Of a stretch of DNA of 64,000 bases, positions 24,265 through 39,299 are shown one piece after another. Positions within the stretch are counted from its first letter, which is position 1; every line of letters begins with the position of its first letter. Source of the stretch: Eledone cirrhosa. Lineage: Eukaryota. The stretch is taken from contig OZ024740.1 in the NCBI GenBank assembly GCA_964016885.1, positions 431,272,001 through 431,336,000 on the forward strand, given 5' to 3'. The notes beneath the pieces were generated by a model. It searched no databases. It had not been told where the DNA came from and saw only the letters and a list, made by a program, of their open reading frames with translations. The translations under genes were made by a program, and so were the position numbers.

Positions 24265-27200
24265 CTTTAGAGAGGTTGTTATTCCCTTAACAGGAGTAAA
24301 GAGTCCTCTCTACCTTACATGTCTCTCATTGTGAATCTTTAGAGAGGTTGTTATTCCCTTAACAGGAGTAAAGAGTCCTCTCTACCTTACATGTCTCCAA
24401 TTGTCAATCTTTAGAGAGGTTGTTATTCCCTTAACAGGAGTAAAGAGTCCTCTCTACCTTACAAGTCTCCTAATTGTCAATCTTTAGAGAGGTTGTTATT
24501 CCCTTAACAGGAGTAAAGAGTCCTCTCTACCTTACATGTCTCCAATTGTCAATCTTTAGAGAGGTTGTTATTCCCTTAACAGGAGTAAAGAGTCCTCTCT
24601 ACCTTACATGTCTCCAATTGTCAATCTTTAGAGAGGTTGTTATTCCCTTAACAGGAGTAAAGAGTCCTCTCTACTTTACATGTCTCCAATTGTCAATCTT
24701 TAGAGAGGTTGTTATTCTCTTAACGGGAGTAAAGCGTCCTCTCTACCTTACATGTCTCCAATTGTCAATCTTTAGAGAGGTTGTTATTCCCTTAACAGGA
24801 GTAAAGAGTCCTCTCTACCTTACATGTCTCCAATTGTCAATCTTTAGAGGGGTTGTTATTCCCTTAACAGGAGTAAAGAGTGCTCTCTACCTTACATGTC
24901 TCCAATTGTCAATCTTTAGAGAGGTTGTTATTCCCTTAACAGGAGTAAAGAGTCCTCTCTACCTTACATGTCTCCAATTGTCAATCTTTAGAGAGGTTGT
25001 TATTCTCTTAACAGGATTAAAGAGTGCTCTCTACCTTACATGTCTCCAATTGTCAATCTTTAGAGAGGTTGTTATTCCCTTAACAGGAGTAAAGAGTCCT
25101 CTCTACCTTACATGTCTCCAATTGTCAATCTTTACAGAGATGTTGTTATTCCCTTAACAGGAGTAAAGAGTCCACTCTACTTTACATGTCTCCAATTGTC
25201 AATCTTTAGAGAAGTTGTTATTCCCTTAACAGGAGTAAAGAGTCCTCTCTACCTTACATGTCTCCAATTGTCAATCTTTACAGAGAGGTTGTTATTCCCT
25301 TAACAGGAGTAAAGAGTCCTCTCTACCTTACATGTCTCCAATTGTCAATCTTTAGAGAGGTTGTTATTCCCTTAACAGGATTAAAGAGTGCTCTCTACCT
25401 TACATGTCTCCAATTGTCAATCTTTAGAGAGGTTGTTATTCCCTTAACAGGAGTAAAGAGTCCTCTCTACCTTACATATCTCCAATTGTCAATCTTTAGA
25501 GAGGTTGTTATTCCATTAACAGGAGTAAAGAGTCCTCTCTACCTTACATGTCTCCAATTGTCAATCTTTACAGAGATGTTGTTATTCCCTTAACAGGAGT
25601 AAAGAGTCCACTCTACTTTACATGTCTCCAATTGTCAATCTTTAGAGTTGTTATTCCCTTAACAGGAGTAAAGAGTCCTCTCTACCTTACATGTCTCCAA
25701 TTGTCAATCTTTACAGAGAGGTTGTTATTCCCTTAACAGGAGTAAAGAGTCCTCTCTACCTTACATGTCTCCAATTGTCAATCTTTAGAGAGGTTGTTAT
25801 TCCCTTAACAGGAGTAAAGAGTCCTCTCTACCTTTCATGTCTCCAATTGTCAATCTTTAGAGAGGTTGTTATTCCCTTAACAGGAGTAAAGAGTCCTCTC
25901 TACCTTACATGTCTCCAATTGTCAATCTTTAGAGAGGTTGTTATTCCCTTAACAGGAGTAAAGAGTCCTCTCTACCTTACAAGTCTCCTAATTGTCAATC
26001 TTTAGAGAGGTTGTTATTCCCTTAACAGGAGTAAAGAGTCCTCTCTACCTTACATGTCTCCAATTGTCAATCTTTAGAGAGGTTGTTATTCCCTTAACAG
26101 GAGTAAAGAGTCCTCTCTACCTTACATGTCTCCAATTGTCAATCTTTAGAGAGGTTGTTATTCCCTTAACAGGAGTAAAGAGTCCTCTCTACTTTACATG
26201 TCTCCAATTGTCAATCTTTAGAGAGGTTGTTATTCTCTTAACGGGAGTAAAGCGTCCTCTCTACCTTACATGTCTCCAATTGTCAATCTTTAGAGAGGTT
26301 GTTATTCCCTTAACAGGAGTAAAGAGTCCTCTCTACCTTACATGTCTCCAATTGTCAATCTTTAGAGGGGTTGTTATTCCCTTAACAGGAGTAAAGAGTG
26401 CTCTCTACCTTACATGTCTCCAATTGTCAATCTTTAGAGAGGTTGTTATTCCCTTAACAGGAGTAAAGAGTCCTCTCTACCTTACATGTCTCCAATTGTC
26501 AATCTTTAGAGAGGTTGTTATTCTCTTAACAGGATTAAAGAGTCCACTCTACTTTACATGTCTCCAATTGTCAATCTTTAGAGAAGTTGTTATTCCCTTA
26601 ACAGGAGTAAAGAGTCCTCTCTACCTTACATGTCTCCAATTGTCAATCTTTACAGAGAGGTTGTTATTCCCTTAACAGGAGTAAAGAGTCCTCTCTACCT
26701 TACATGTCTCCAATTGTCAATCTTTAGAGAGGTTGTTATTCCCTTAACAGGATTAAAGAGTGCTCTCTACCTTACATGTCTCCAATTGTCAATCTTTAGA
26801 GAGGTTGTTATTCCCTTAACAGGAGTAAAGAGTCCTCTCTACCTTACATATCTCCAATTGTCAATCTTTAGAGAGGTTGTTATTCCATTAACAGGAGTAA
26901 AGAGTCCTCTCTACCTTACATGTCTCCAATTGTCAATCTTTACAGAGATGTTGTTATTCCCTTAACAGGAGTAAAGAGTCCACTCTACTTTACATGTCTC
27001 CAATTGTCAATCTTTAGAGTTGTTATTCCCTTAACAGGAGTAAAGAGTCCTCTCTACCTTACATGTCTCCAATTGTCAATCTTTACAGAGAGGTTGTTAT
27101 TCCCTTAACAGGAGTAAAGAGTCCTCTCTACCTTACATGTCTCCAATTGTCAATCTTTAGAGAGGTTGTTATTCCCTTAACAGGAGTAAAGAGTCCTCTC

Positions 27201-28009
27201 TACCTTTCATGTCTCCAATTGTCAATCTTTAGAGAGGTTGTTATTCCCTTAACAGGAGTAAAGAGTCCTCTCTACCTTACATGTCTCCAATTGTCAATCT
27301 TTAGAGAGGTTGTTATTCCCTTAACAGGAGTAAAGAGTCCTCTCTACTTTACATGTCTCCAATTGTCAATCTTTAGAGAGGTTGTTATTCCCTTAACAGG
27401 AGTAGAGAGTCCTCTCTACCTTACATGTCTCCAATTGTCAATCTTTACAGAGAGGTTGTTATTCCCTTAACAGGAGTAAAGAGTCCTCTCTACTTTACAC
27501 GTCTCCAATTGTCAATCTTTAGAGAGGTTGTTATTCTCTAAACAGGAGTAGAGTCCTCTCTACCTTACATGTCTCCAATTGTCAATCTTTAGAGAGGTTG
27601 TTATTCCCTTAACAGGAGTAAAGAGGCCTCTCTACCTTACATGTCTCCAATTGTCAATCTTTAGAGAGGTTGTTATTCCCTTAACAGAAGTAAAGAGTCC
27701 TCTCTACCTTACATGTCTCCAATTGTCAATCTTTAGAGAGGTTGTTATTCCCTTAACAGGAGTAAAGAGTCCTCTCTACTTTACATGTCTCCAATTGTCA
27801 ATCTTTAGAGAGGTTGCTATTCCCTTAACAGGAGTAGAGAGTCCTCTCTACCTTACATGTCTCCAATTGTCAATATTTACAGAGAGGTTGTTATTCCCTT
27901 AACAGGCGTAAAGAGTCCTCTCTACTTTACATGTCTCCAATTGTCAATCTTTAGAGAGGTTGTTATTCCCTTAACAGGAGTAAAGAGTCCTCTCTACCTT
28001 ACATGTCTC
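24265..28009 (+). repeat. ~3.7-kb block repeated at ~32934-36678 (offset 8669)
   Basis: Landmarks 24474/33143, 25548/34217, 25992/34661, 26920/35589 and 27579/36248, with identical translated variant patterns. Confidence 0.9.
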
Positions 28010-31000
28010 TCATTGTGAATCTTTAGAGAGGTTGTTATTCCCTTAACAGGAGTAAAGAGTCCTCTCTACCTTACATGTCTCCAATTGTCAATCTTTAGAG
28101 AGGTTGTTATTCTCTTAACGGGAGTAAAGAGTCCTCTCTACCTTACATGTCTCCAATTGTCAATCTTTAGAGAGGTTGTTATTCCCTTAACAGGAGTAAA
28201 GAGTCCTCTCTACCTTACATGTCTCCTAATTGTCAATCTTTAGAGAGGTTGTTATTCCCTTAACAGGAGTAAAGAGTCCTCTCTACCTTACATGTCTCCA
28301 ATTGTCAATCTTTAGAGAGGTTGTTATTCCCTTAACAGGAGTAAAGAGTCCTCTCTACCTTACATGTCTCCAATGGTCAATCTTTAGAGAGGTTGTTATT
28401 CCCTTAACAGGAGTAAAGAGTCCTCTCTACTTTACATGTCTCCAATTGTCAATCTTTAGAGAGGTTGTTATTCTCTTAACGGGAGTAAAGAGTCCTCTCT
28501 ACCTTACATGCCTCCAATTGTCAATCTTTAGAGAGGTTGTTATTCCCTTAACAGGAGTAAAGAGTCCTCTCTACCTTACATGTCTCCAATTGTCAATCTT
28601 TAGAGGGGTTGTAATTCCCTTAACAGGAGTAAAGAGTGCTCTCTACCTTACATGTCTCCAATTGTCAATCTTTAGAGAGGTTGTTATTCCCTTAACAGGA
28701 GTAAAGAGTCCTCTCTACCTTACATGTCTCCAATTGTCAATCTTTAGAGAGGTTGTTATTCTCTTAACAGGATTAAAGAGTGCTCTCTACCTTACATGTC
28801 TCCAATTGTCAATCTTTAGAGAGGTTGTTATTCCCTTAACAGGAGTAAAGAGTCCTCTCTACCTTACATATCTCCAATTGTCAATCTTTAGAGAGGTTGT
28901 TATTCCCTTAACAGGAGTAAAGAGTCCTCTCTACCTTACATGTCTCCAATTGTCAATCTTTACAGAGATGTTGTTATTCCCTTAACAGGAGTAAAGAGTC
29001 CACTCTACTTTACATGTCTCCAATTGTCAATCTTTAGAGAAGTTGTTATTCCCTTAACAGGAGTAAAGAGTCCTCTCTACCTTACATGTCTCCAATTGTC
29101 AATCTTTACAGAGAGGTTGTTATTCCCTTAACAGGAGTAAAGAGTCCTCTCTACCTTACATGTCTCCAATTGTCAATCTTTAGAGAGGTTGTTATTCCCT
29201 TAACAGGAGTAAAGAGTCCTCTCTACCTTACATGTCTCCAATTGTCAATCTTTAGAGAGGTTGTTATTCCCTTAACAGGAGTAAAGAGTCCTCTCTACCT
29301 TACATGTCTCCAATTGTCAATCTTTAGAGAGGTTGTTATTCCCTTAACAGGAGTAAAGAGTCCTCTCTACTTTACATGTCTCCAATTGTCAATCTTTAGA
29401 GAGGTTTTTATTCCCTTAACAGGAGTAGAGAGTCCTCTCTACCTTACATGTCTCCAATTGTCAATCTTTACAGAGAGGTTTTTATTCCCTTAACAGGAGT
29501 AAAGAGTCCTCTCTACTTTACACATCTCCAATTGTCAATCTTTAGAGAGGTTGTTATTCCCTAAACAGGAGTAGAGTCCTCTCTACCTTACATGTCTCCA
29601 ATTGTCAATCTTTAGAGAGGTTGTTATTCCCTTAACAGGAGTAAAGAGGCCTCTCTACCTTACATGTTTCCAATTGTCAATCTTTAGAGAGGTTGTTATT
29701 CCGTTAACAGGAGTAAAGAGTCCTCTCTACCTTACATGTCTCTCATTGTGAATCTTTAGAGAGGTTGTTATTCCCTTAACGGGAGTAAAGAGTCCTCTCT
29801 ACCTTACATGTCTCCAATTGTCAATCTTTAGAGAGGTTGTTATTCCCTTAACAGGAGTAAAGAGTGCTCTCTACCTTACATGTCTCCAATTGTCAATCTT
29901 TAGAGAGGTTGTTATTCCCTTAACAGGAGTAGAGTCCTCTCTACCTTACATGTCTCCAATTGTCAATCTTTAGAGAGGTTGTTATTCACTTAACATGAGT
30001 AAAGAGTCCTCTCTACCTTACATGTCTCCAATTGTCAATCTTTAGAGAGGTTGTTATTCCCTTAACAGGAGTATAGAGTCCTCTCTACCTTACATGTCTC
30101 CAATTGTCAATCTTTAGAGAGGTTGTTATTCCCTTAACAGGAGTAAAGAGTCCTCTCTACTTTACATGTCTCAAATTGTCAATCTTTAGAGAGGTTGTTA
30201 TTCCCTTAACGGGAGTACAGAGTCCTCTCTACCTTACATGTCTCCAATTGTCAATCTTTAGAGAGGTTGTTATTCCCTTAACAGGAGTAAAGAGTGCTCT
30301 CTACCTTACATGTCTCCAATTGTCAATCTTTAGAGAGGTTGTTATTCCCTTAACAGGAGTAAAGAGTCCTCTCTACCTTACATGTCTCCTAATTGTCAAT
30401 CTTTAGAGAGGTTGTTATTCCCTTAACAGGAGTAAAGAGTCCTCTCTACCTTACATGTCTCCAATTGTCAATCTTTAAAGAGGTTGTTATTCCCTTAACA
30501 GGAGTAAAGAGTCCTCTCTACTTTACATGTCTCCAATTGTCAATCTTTAGAGAGGTTGTTATTCCCTTAACAGGAGTAAAGAGTCCTCTCTACCTTACAT
30601 GTCTCCAATTGTCAATATTTACAGAGAGGTTGTTATTCCCTTAACAGGAGTAAAGAGTGCTCTCTACCTTACATGTCTCCAATTGTCAATCTTTAGAGAG
30701 GTTGTTATTCCCTTAACAGGAGTAAAGAGTCCTCTCTACCTTACATGTCTCCTAATTGTCAATCTTTAGAGAGGTTGTTATTCCCTTAACAGGAGTAAAG
30801 AGTCCTCTCTACCTTACATGTCTCCAATTGTCAATCTTTAGAGAGGTTGTTATTCCCTTAACAGGAGTAAAGAGTCCTCTCTACCTTACATGTCTCCAAT
30901 TGTCAATCTTTAGAGAGGTTGTTATTCCCTTAACAGGAGTAAAGAGTCCTCTCTACTTTACATGTCTCCAATTGTCAATCTTTAGAGAGGTTGTTATTCT

Positions 31001-34000
31001 CTTAACGGGAGTAAAGAGTCCTCTCTACCTTACATGTCTCCAATTGTCAATCTTTAGAGAGGTTGTTATTCCCTTAACAGGAGTAAAGAGTCCTCTCTAC
31101 CTTACATGTCTCCAATTGTCAATCTTTAGAGAGGTTGTTATTCCCTTAACAGGAGTAAAGAGTCCTCTCTACCTTACATGTCTCCAATTGTCAATCTTTA
31201 GAGAGGTTGTTATTCCCTTAACAGGATTAAAGAGTGCTCTCTACCTTACATGTCTGCAATTGTCAATCTTTAGAGAGGTTGTTATTCCCTTAACAGGAGT
31301 AAAGAGTCCTCTCTACCTTACATATCTCCAATTGTCAATCTTTAGAGAGGTTGTTATTCCCTTAACAGGAGTAAAGAGTCCTCTCTACCTTACATGTCTC
31401 CAATTGTCAATCTTTACAGAGATGTTGTTATTCCCTTAACAGGAGTAAAGAGTCCACTCTACTTTACATGTCTCCAATTGTCAATCTTTAGAGAAGTTGT
31501 TATTCCCTTAACAGGAGTAAAGAGTCCTCTCTACCTTACATGTCTCCAATTGTCAATCTTTACAGAGAGGTTGTTATTCCCTTAACAGGAGTAAAGAGTC
31601 CTCTCTACCTTACATGTCTCCAATTGTCAATCTTTAGAGAGGTTGTTATTCCCTTAACAGGAGTAAAGAGTCCTCTCTACCTTACATGTCTCCAATTGTC
31701 AATCTTTAGAGAGGTTGTTATTCCCTTAACAGGAGTAAAGAGTCCTCTCTACCTTACATGTCTCCAATTGTCAATCTTTAGAGAGGTTGTTATTCCCTTA
31801 ACAGGAGTAAAGAGTCCTCTCTACTTTACATGTCTCCAATTGTCAATCTTTAGAGAGGTTGTTATTCCCTTAACAGGAGTAGAGAGTCCTCTCTACCTTA
31901 CATGTCTCCAATTGTCAATCTTTACAGAGAGGTTGTTATTCCCTTAACAGGAGTAAAGAGTCCTCTCTACTTTACATGTCTCCAATTGTCAATCTTTAGA
32001 GAGGTTGTTATTCTCTTAACGGGAGTAAAGAGTCCTCTCTACCTTACATGTCTCCAATTGTCAATCTTTAGAGAGGTTGTTATTCCCTTAACAGGAGTAA
32101 AGAGTCCTCTCTACCTTACATATCTCCAATTGTCAATCTTTAGAGAGGTTGTTATTCCCTTAACAGGAGTAAAGAGTCCTCTCTACCTTACATGTCTCCA
32201 ATTGTCAATCTTTACAGAGATGTTGTTATTCCCTTAACAGGAGTAAAGAGTCCACTCTACTTTACATGTCTCCAATTGTCAATCTTTAGAGAAGTTGTTA
32301 TTCCCTTAACAGGAGTAAAGAGTCCTCTCTACCTTACATGTCTCCAATTGTCAATCTTTACAGAGAGGTTGTTATTCCCTTAACAGGAGTAAAGAGTCCT
32401 CTCTACCTTACATGTCTCCAATTGTCAATCTTTAGAGAGGTTGTTATTCCCTTAACAGGAGTAAAGAGTCCTCTCTACCTTACATGTCTCCAATTGTCAA
32501 TCTTTAGAGAGGTTGTTATTCCCTTAACAGGAGTAAAGAGTCCTCTCTACCTTACATGTCTCCAATTGTCAATCTTTAGAGAGGTTGTTATTCCCTTAAC
32601 AGGAGTAAAGAGTCCTCTCTACTTTACATGTCTCCAATTGTCAATCTTTAGAGAGGTTGTTATTCCCTTAACAGGAGTAGAGAGGCCTCTCTACCTTACA
32701 TGTCTCCAATTGTCAATCTTTAGAGAGGTTGTTATTCCGTTAACAGGAGTAAAGAGTCCTCTCTACCTTACATGTCTCCAATTGTCAATCTTTAGAGAGG
32801 TTGTTATTCCCTTAACAGGAGTAAAGAGTCCTCTCTACCTTACATGTCTCCAATTGTCAATCTTTAGAGAGGTTGTTATTCCCTTAACAGGAGTAAAGAG
32901 TCCTCTCTACTTTACATGTCTCTCATTGTGAATCTTTAGAGAGGTTGTTATTCCCTTAACAGGAGTAAAGAGTCCTCTCTACCTTACATGTCTCTCATTG
33001 TGAATCTTTAGAGAGGTTGTTATTCCCTTAACAGGAGTAAAGAGTCCTCTCTACCTTACATGTCTCCAATTGTCAATCTTTAGAGAGGTTGTTATTCCCT
33101 TAACAGGAGTAAAGAGTCCTCTCTACCTTACAAGTCTCCTAATTGTCAATCTTTAGAGAGGTTGTTATTCCCTTAACAGGAGTAAAGAGTCCTCTCTACC
33201 TTACATGTCTCCAATTGTCAATCTTTAGAGAGGTTGTTATTCCCTTAACAGGAGTAAAGAGTCCTCTCTACCTTACATGTCTCCAATTGTCAATCTTTAG
33301 AGAGGTTGTTATTCCCTTAACAGGAGTAAAGAGTCCTCTCTACTTTACATGTCTCCAATTGTCAATCTTTAGAGAGGTTGTTATTCTCTTAACGGGAGTA
33401 AAGCGTCCTCTCTACCTTACATGTCTCCAATTGTCAATCTTTAGAGAGGTTGTTATTCCCTTAACAGGAGTAAAGAGTCCTCTCTACCTTACATGTCTCC
33501 AATTGTCAATCTTTAGAGGGGTTGTTATTCCCTTAACAGGAGTAAAGAGTGCTCTCTACCTTACATGTCTCCAATTGTCAATCTTTAGAGAGGTTGTTAT
33601 TCCCTTAACAGGAGTAAAGAGTCCTCTCTACCTTACATGTCTCCAATTGTCAATCTTTAGAGAGGTTGTTATTCTCTTAACAGGATTAAAGAGTGCTCTC
33701 TACCTTACATGTCTCCAATTGTCAATCTTTAGAGAGGTTGTTATTCCCTTAACAGGAGTAAAGAGTCCTCTCTACCTTACATGTCTCCAATTGTCAATCT
33801 TTACAGAGATGTTGTTATTCCCTTAACAGGAGTAAAGAGTCCACTCTACTTTACATGTCTCCAATTGTCAATCTTTAGAGAAGTTGTTATTCCCTTAACA
33901 GGAGTAAAGAGTCCTCTCTACCTTACATGTCTCCAATTGTCAATCTTTACAGAGAGGTTGTTATTCCCTTAACAGGAGTAAAGAGTCCTCTCTACCTTAC

Positions 34001-37000
34001 ATGTCTCCAATTGTCAATCTTTAGAGAGGTTGTTATTCCCTTAACAGGATTAAAGAGTGCTCTCTACCTTACATGTCTCCAATTGTCAATCTTTAGAGAG
34101 GTTGTTATTCCCTTAACAGGAGTAAAGAGTCCTCTCTACCTTACATATCTCCAATTGTCAATCTTTAGAGAGGTTGTTATTCCATTAACAGGAGTAAAGA
34201 GTCCTCTCTACCTTACATGTCTCCAATTGTCAATCTTTACAGAGATGTTGTTATTCCCTTAACAGGAGTAAAGAGTCCACTCTACTTTACATGTCTCCAA
34301 TTGTCAATCTTTAGAGTTGTTATTCCCTTAACAGGAGTAAAGAGTCCTCTCTACCTTACATGTCTCCAATTGTCAATCTTTACAGAGAGGTTGTTATTCC
34401 CTTAACAGGAGTAAAGAGTCCTCTCTACCTTACATGTCTCCAATTGTCAATCTTTAGAGAGGTTGTTATTCCCTTAACAGGAGTAAAGAGTCCTCTCTAC
34501 CTTTCATGTCTCCAATTGTCAATCTTTAGAGAGGTTGTTATTCCCTTAACAGGAGTAAAGAGTCCTCTCTACCTTACATGTCTCCAATTGTCAATCTTTA
34601 GAGAGGTTGTTATTCCCTTAACAGGAGTAAAGAGTCCTCTCTACCTTACAAGTCTCCTAATTGTCAATCTTTAGAGAGGTTGTTATTCCCTTAACAGGAG
34701 TAAAGAGTCCTCTCTACCTTACATGTCTCCAATTGTCAATCTTTAGAGAGGTTGTTATTCCCTTAACAGGAGTAAAGAGTCCTCTCTACCTTACATGTCT
34801 CCAATTGTCAATCTTTAGAGAGGTTGTTATTCCCTTAACAGGAGTAAAGAGTCCTCTCTACTTTACATGTCTCCAATTGTCAATCTTTAGAGAGGTTGTT
34901 ATTCTCTTAACGGGAGTAAAGCGTCCTCTCTACCTTACATGTCTCCAATTGTCAATCTTTAGAGAGGTTGTTATTCCCTTAACAGGAGTAAAGAGTCCTC
35001 TCTACCTTACATGTCTCCAATTGTCAATCTTTAGAGGGGTTGTTATTCCCTTAACAGGAGTAAAGAGTGCTCTCTACCTTACATGTCTCCAATTGTCAAT
35101 CTTTAGAGAGGTTGTTATTCCCTTAACAGGAGTAAAGAGTCCTCTCTACCTTACATGTCTCCAATTGTCAATCTTTAGAGAGGTTGTTATTCTCTTAACA
35201 GGATTAAAGAGTCCACTCTACTTTACATGTCTCCAATTGTCAATCTTTAGAGAAGTTGTTATTCCCTTAACAGGAGTAAAGAGTCCTCTCTACCTTACAT
35301 GTCTCCAATTGTCAATCTTTACAGAGAGGTTGTTATTCCCTTAACAGGAGTAAAGAGTCCTCTCTACCTTACATGTCTCCAATTGTCAATCTTTAGAGAG
35401 GTTGTTATTCCCTTAACAGGATTAAAGAGTGCTCTCTACCTTACATGTCTCCAATTGTCAATCTTTAGAGAGGTTGTTATTCCCTTAACAGGAGTAAAGA
35501 GTCCTCTCTACCTTACATATCTCCAATTGTCAATCTTTAGAGAGGTTGTTATTCCATTAACAGGAGTAAAGAGTCCTCTCTACCTTACATGTCTCCAATT
35601 GTCAATCTTTACAGAGATGTTGTTATTCCCTTAACAGGAGTAAAGAGTCCACTCTACTTTACATGTCTCCAATTGTCAATCTTTAGAGTTGTTATTCCCT
35701 TAACAGGAGTAAAGAGTCCTCTCTACCTTACATGTCTCCAATTGTCAATCTTTACAGAGAGGTTGTTATTCCCTTAACAGGAGTAAAGAGTCCTCTCTAC
35801 CTTACATGTCTCCAATTGTCAATCTTTAGAGAGGTTGTTATTCCCTTAACAGGAGTAAAGAGTCCTCTCTACCTTTCATGTCTCCAATTGTCAATCTTTA
35901 GAGAGGTTGTTATTCCCTTAACAGGAGTAAAGAGTCCTCTCTACCTTACATGTCTCCAATTGTCAATCTTTAGAGAGGTTGTTATTCCCTTAACAGGAGT
36001 AAAGAGTCCTCTCTACTTTACATGTCTCCAATTGTCAATCTTTAGAGAGGTTGTTATTCCCTTAACAGGAGTAGAGAGTCCTCTCTACCTTACATGTCTC
36101 CAATTGTCAATCTTTACAGAGAGGTTGTTATTCCCTTAACAGGAGTAAAGAGTCCTCTCTACTTTACACGTCTCCAATTGTCAATCTTTAGAGAGGTTGT
36201 TATTCTCTAAACAGGAGTAGAGTCCTCTCTACCTTACATGTCTCCAATTGTCAATCTTTAGAGAGGTTGTTATTCCCTTAACAGGAGTAAAGAGGCCTCT
36301 CTACCTTACATGTCTCCAATTGTCAATCTTTAGAGAGGTTGTTATTCCCTTAACAGAAGTAAAGAGTCCTCTCTACCTTACATGTCTCCAATTGTCAATC
36401 TTTAGAGAGGTTGTTATTCCCTTAACAGGAGTAAAGAGTCCTCTCTACTTTACATGTCTCCAATTGTCAATCTTTAGAGAGGTTGCTATTCCCTTAACAG
36501 GAGTAGAGAGTCCTCTCTACCTTACATGTCTCCAATTGTCAATATTTACAGAGAGGTTGTTATTCCCTTAACAGGCGTAAAGAGTCCTCTCTACTTTACA
36601 TGTCTCCAATTGTCAATCTTTAGAGAGGTTGTTATTCCCTTAACAGGAGTAAAGAGTCCTCTCTACCTTACATGTCTCCTAATTGTCAATCTTTAGAGAG
36701 GTTGTTATTCCCTTAACAGGAGTAAAGAGTCCTCTCTACCTTACATGTCTCCAATTGTCAATCTTTAGAGAGGTTGTTATTCCCTTAACAGGAGTAAAGA
36801 GTCCTCTCTACTTTACATGTCTCCAATTGTCAATCTTTAGAGAGGTTGTTATTCCCTTAACAGGAGTAAAGAGTCCTCTCTACCTTACATGTCTCCAATT
36901 GTCAATATTTACAGAGAGGTTGTTATTCCCTTAACAGGAGTAAAGAGTGCTCTCTACCTTACATGTCTCCAATTGTCAATCTTTAGAGAGGTTGTTATTC

Positions 37001-39299
37001 GCTTAACAGGAGTAAAGAGTCCTCTCTACCTTACATGTCTCCAATTGTCAATCTTTAGAGAGGTTGTTATTCCCTTAACAGGAGTAAAGAGTCCTCTCTA
37101 CCTTACATGTCTCCAATTGTCAATCTTTAGAGAGGTTGTTATTCCCTTAACAGGAGTAAAGAGTCCTCTCTACTTTACATGTCTCCAATTGTCAATCTTT
37201 AGAGAGGTTGTTATTCTCTTAACGGGAGTAAAGAGTGCTCTCTACCTTACATGTCTCCAATTGTCAATCTTTAGAGAGGTTGTTATTCCCTTAACAGGAG
37301 TAAAGAGTGCTCTCTACCTTACATGTCTCCAATTGTCAATCTTTAGAGAGGTTGTTATTCCCTTAACAGGAGTAAAGAGTCCTCTCTACCTTACATGTCT
37401 CCTAGTTGTCAATCTTTAGAGAGGTTGTTATTCCCTTAACAGGAGTAAAGAGTCCTCTCTACCTTACATGTCTCCAATTGTCAATCTTTAAAGAGGTTGT
37501 TATTCCCTTAACAGGAGTAAAGAGTCCTCTCTACTTTACATGTCTCCAATTGTCAATCTTTAGAGAGGTTGTTATTCCCTTAACAGGAGTAAAGAGTCCT
37601 CTCTACCTTACATGTCTCCAATTGTCAATATTTACAGAGAGGTTGTTATTCCCTTAACAGGAGTAAAGAGTGCTCTCTACCTTACATGTCTCCAATTGTC
37701 AATCTTGAGAGAGGTTGTTATTCCCTTAACAGGAGTAAAGAGTCCTCTCTACCTTACATGTCTCCTAATTGTCAATCTTTAGAGAGGTTGTTATTCCCTT
37801 AACAGGAGTAAAGAGTCCTCTCTACCTTACATGTCTCCAATTGTCAATCTTTAGAGAGGTTGTTATTCCCTTAACAGGAGTAAAGAGTCCTCTCTACCTT
37901 ACATGTCTCCAATTGTCAATCTTTAGAGAGGTTGTTATTCCCTTAACAGGAGTAAAGAGTCCTCTCTACTTTACATGTCTCCAATTGTCAATCTTTAGAG
38001 AGGTTGTTATTCTCTTAACGGGAGTAAAGAGTCCTCTCTACCTTACATGTCTCCAATTGTCAATCTTTAGAGAGGTTGTTATTCCCTTAACAGGAGTAAA
38101 GAGTCCTCTCTACCTTACATATCTCCAATTGTCAATCTTTAGAGAGGTTGTTATTCCCTTAACAGGAGTAAAGAGTCCTCTCTACCTTACATGTCTCCAA
38201 TTGTCAATCTTTAGAGAGGTTGTTATTCCCTTAACAGGAGTAAAGAGTCCTCTCTACTTTACATGTCTCCAATTGTCAATCTTTAGAGAGGTTGTTATTC
38301 TCTTAACGGGAGTAAAGAGTCCTCTCTACCTTACATGTCTCCAATTGTCAATCTTTAGAGAGGGTGTTATTCCCTTAACAGGAGTAAAGAGTCCTCTCTA
38401 CCTTACATGTCTCCAATTGTCAATCTTTAGAGGGGTTGTTATTCCCTTAACAGGAGTAAAGAGTGCTCTCTACCTTACATGTCTCCAATTGTCAATCTTT
38501 AGAGAGGTTGTTATTCCCTTAACAGGAGTAAAGAGTCCTCTCTACCTTACATGTCTCCAATTGTCAATCTTTAGAGAGGTTGTTATTCCCTTAACAGGAT
38601 TAAAGAGTGCTCTCTACCTTACATGTCTCCAATTGTCAATCTTTAGAGAGGTTGTTATTCCCTTAACAGGAGTAAAGAGTCCTCTCTACCTTACATATCT
38701 CCAATTGTCAATCTTTAGAGAGGTTGTTATTCCCTTAACAGGAGTAAAGAGTCCTCTCTACCTTACATGTCTCCAATTGTCAATCTTTACAGAGATGTTG
38801 TTATTCCCTTAACAGGAGTAAAGAGTCCACTCTACTTTACATGTCTCCAATTGTCAATCTTTAGAGAAGTTGTTATTCCCTTAACAGGAGTAAAGAGTCC
38901 TCTCTACCTTACATGTCTCCAATTGTCAATCTTTACAGAGAGGTTGTTATTCCCTTAACAGGAGTAAAGAGTCCTCTCTACCTTACATGTCTCCAATTGT
39001 CAATCTTTAGAGAGGTTGTTATTCCCTTAACAGGAGTAAAGAGTCCTCTCTACCTTACATGTCTCCAATTGTCAATCTTTAGAGAGGTTGTTATTCCCTT
39101 AACAGGAGTAAAGAGTCCTCTCTACCTTACATGTCTCCAATTGTCAATCTTTAGAGAGGTTGTTATTCCCTTAACAGGAGTAAAGAGTCCTCTCTACTTT
39201 ACATGTCTCCAATTGTCAATCTTTAGAGAGGTTGTTATTCCCTTAACAGGAGTAGAGAGTCCTCTCTACCTTACATGTCTCCAATTGTCAATCTTTACA

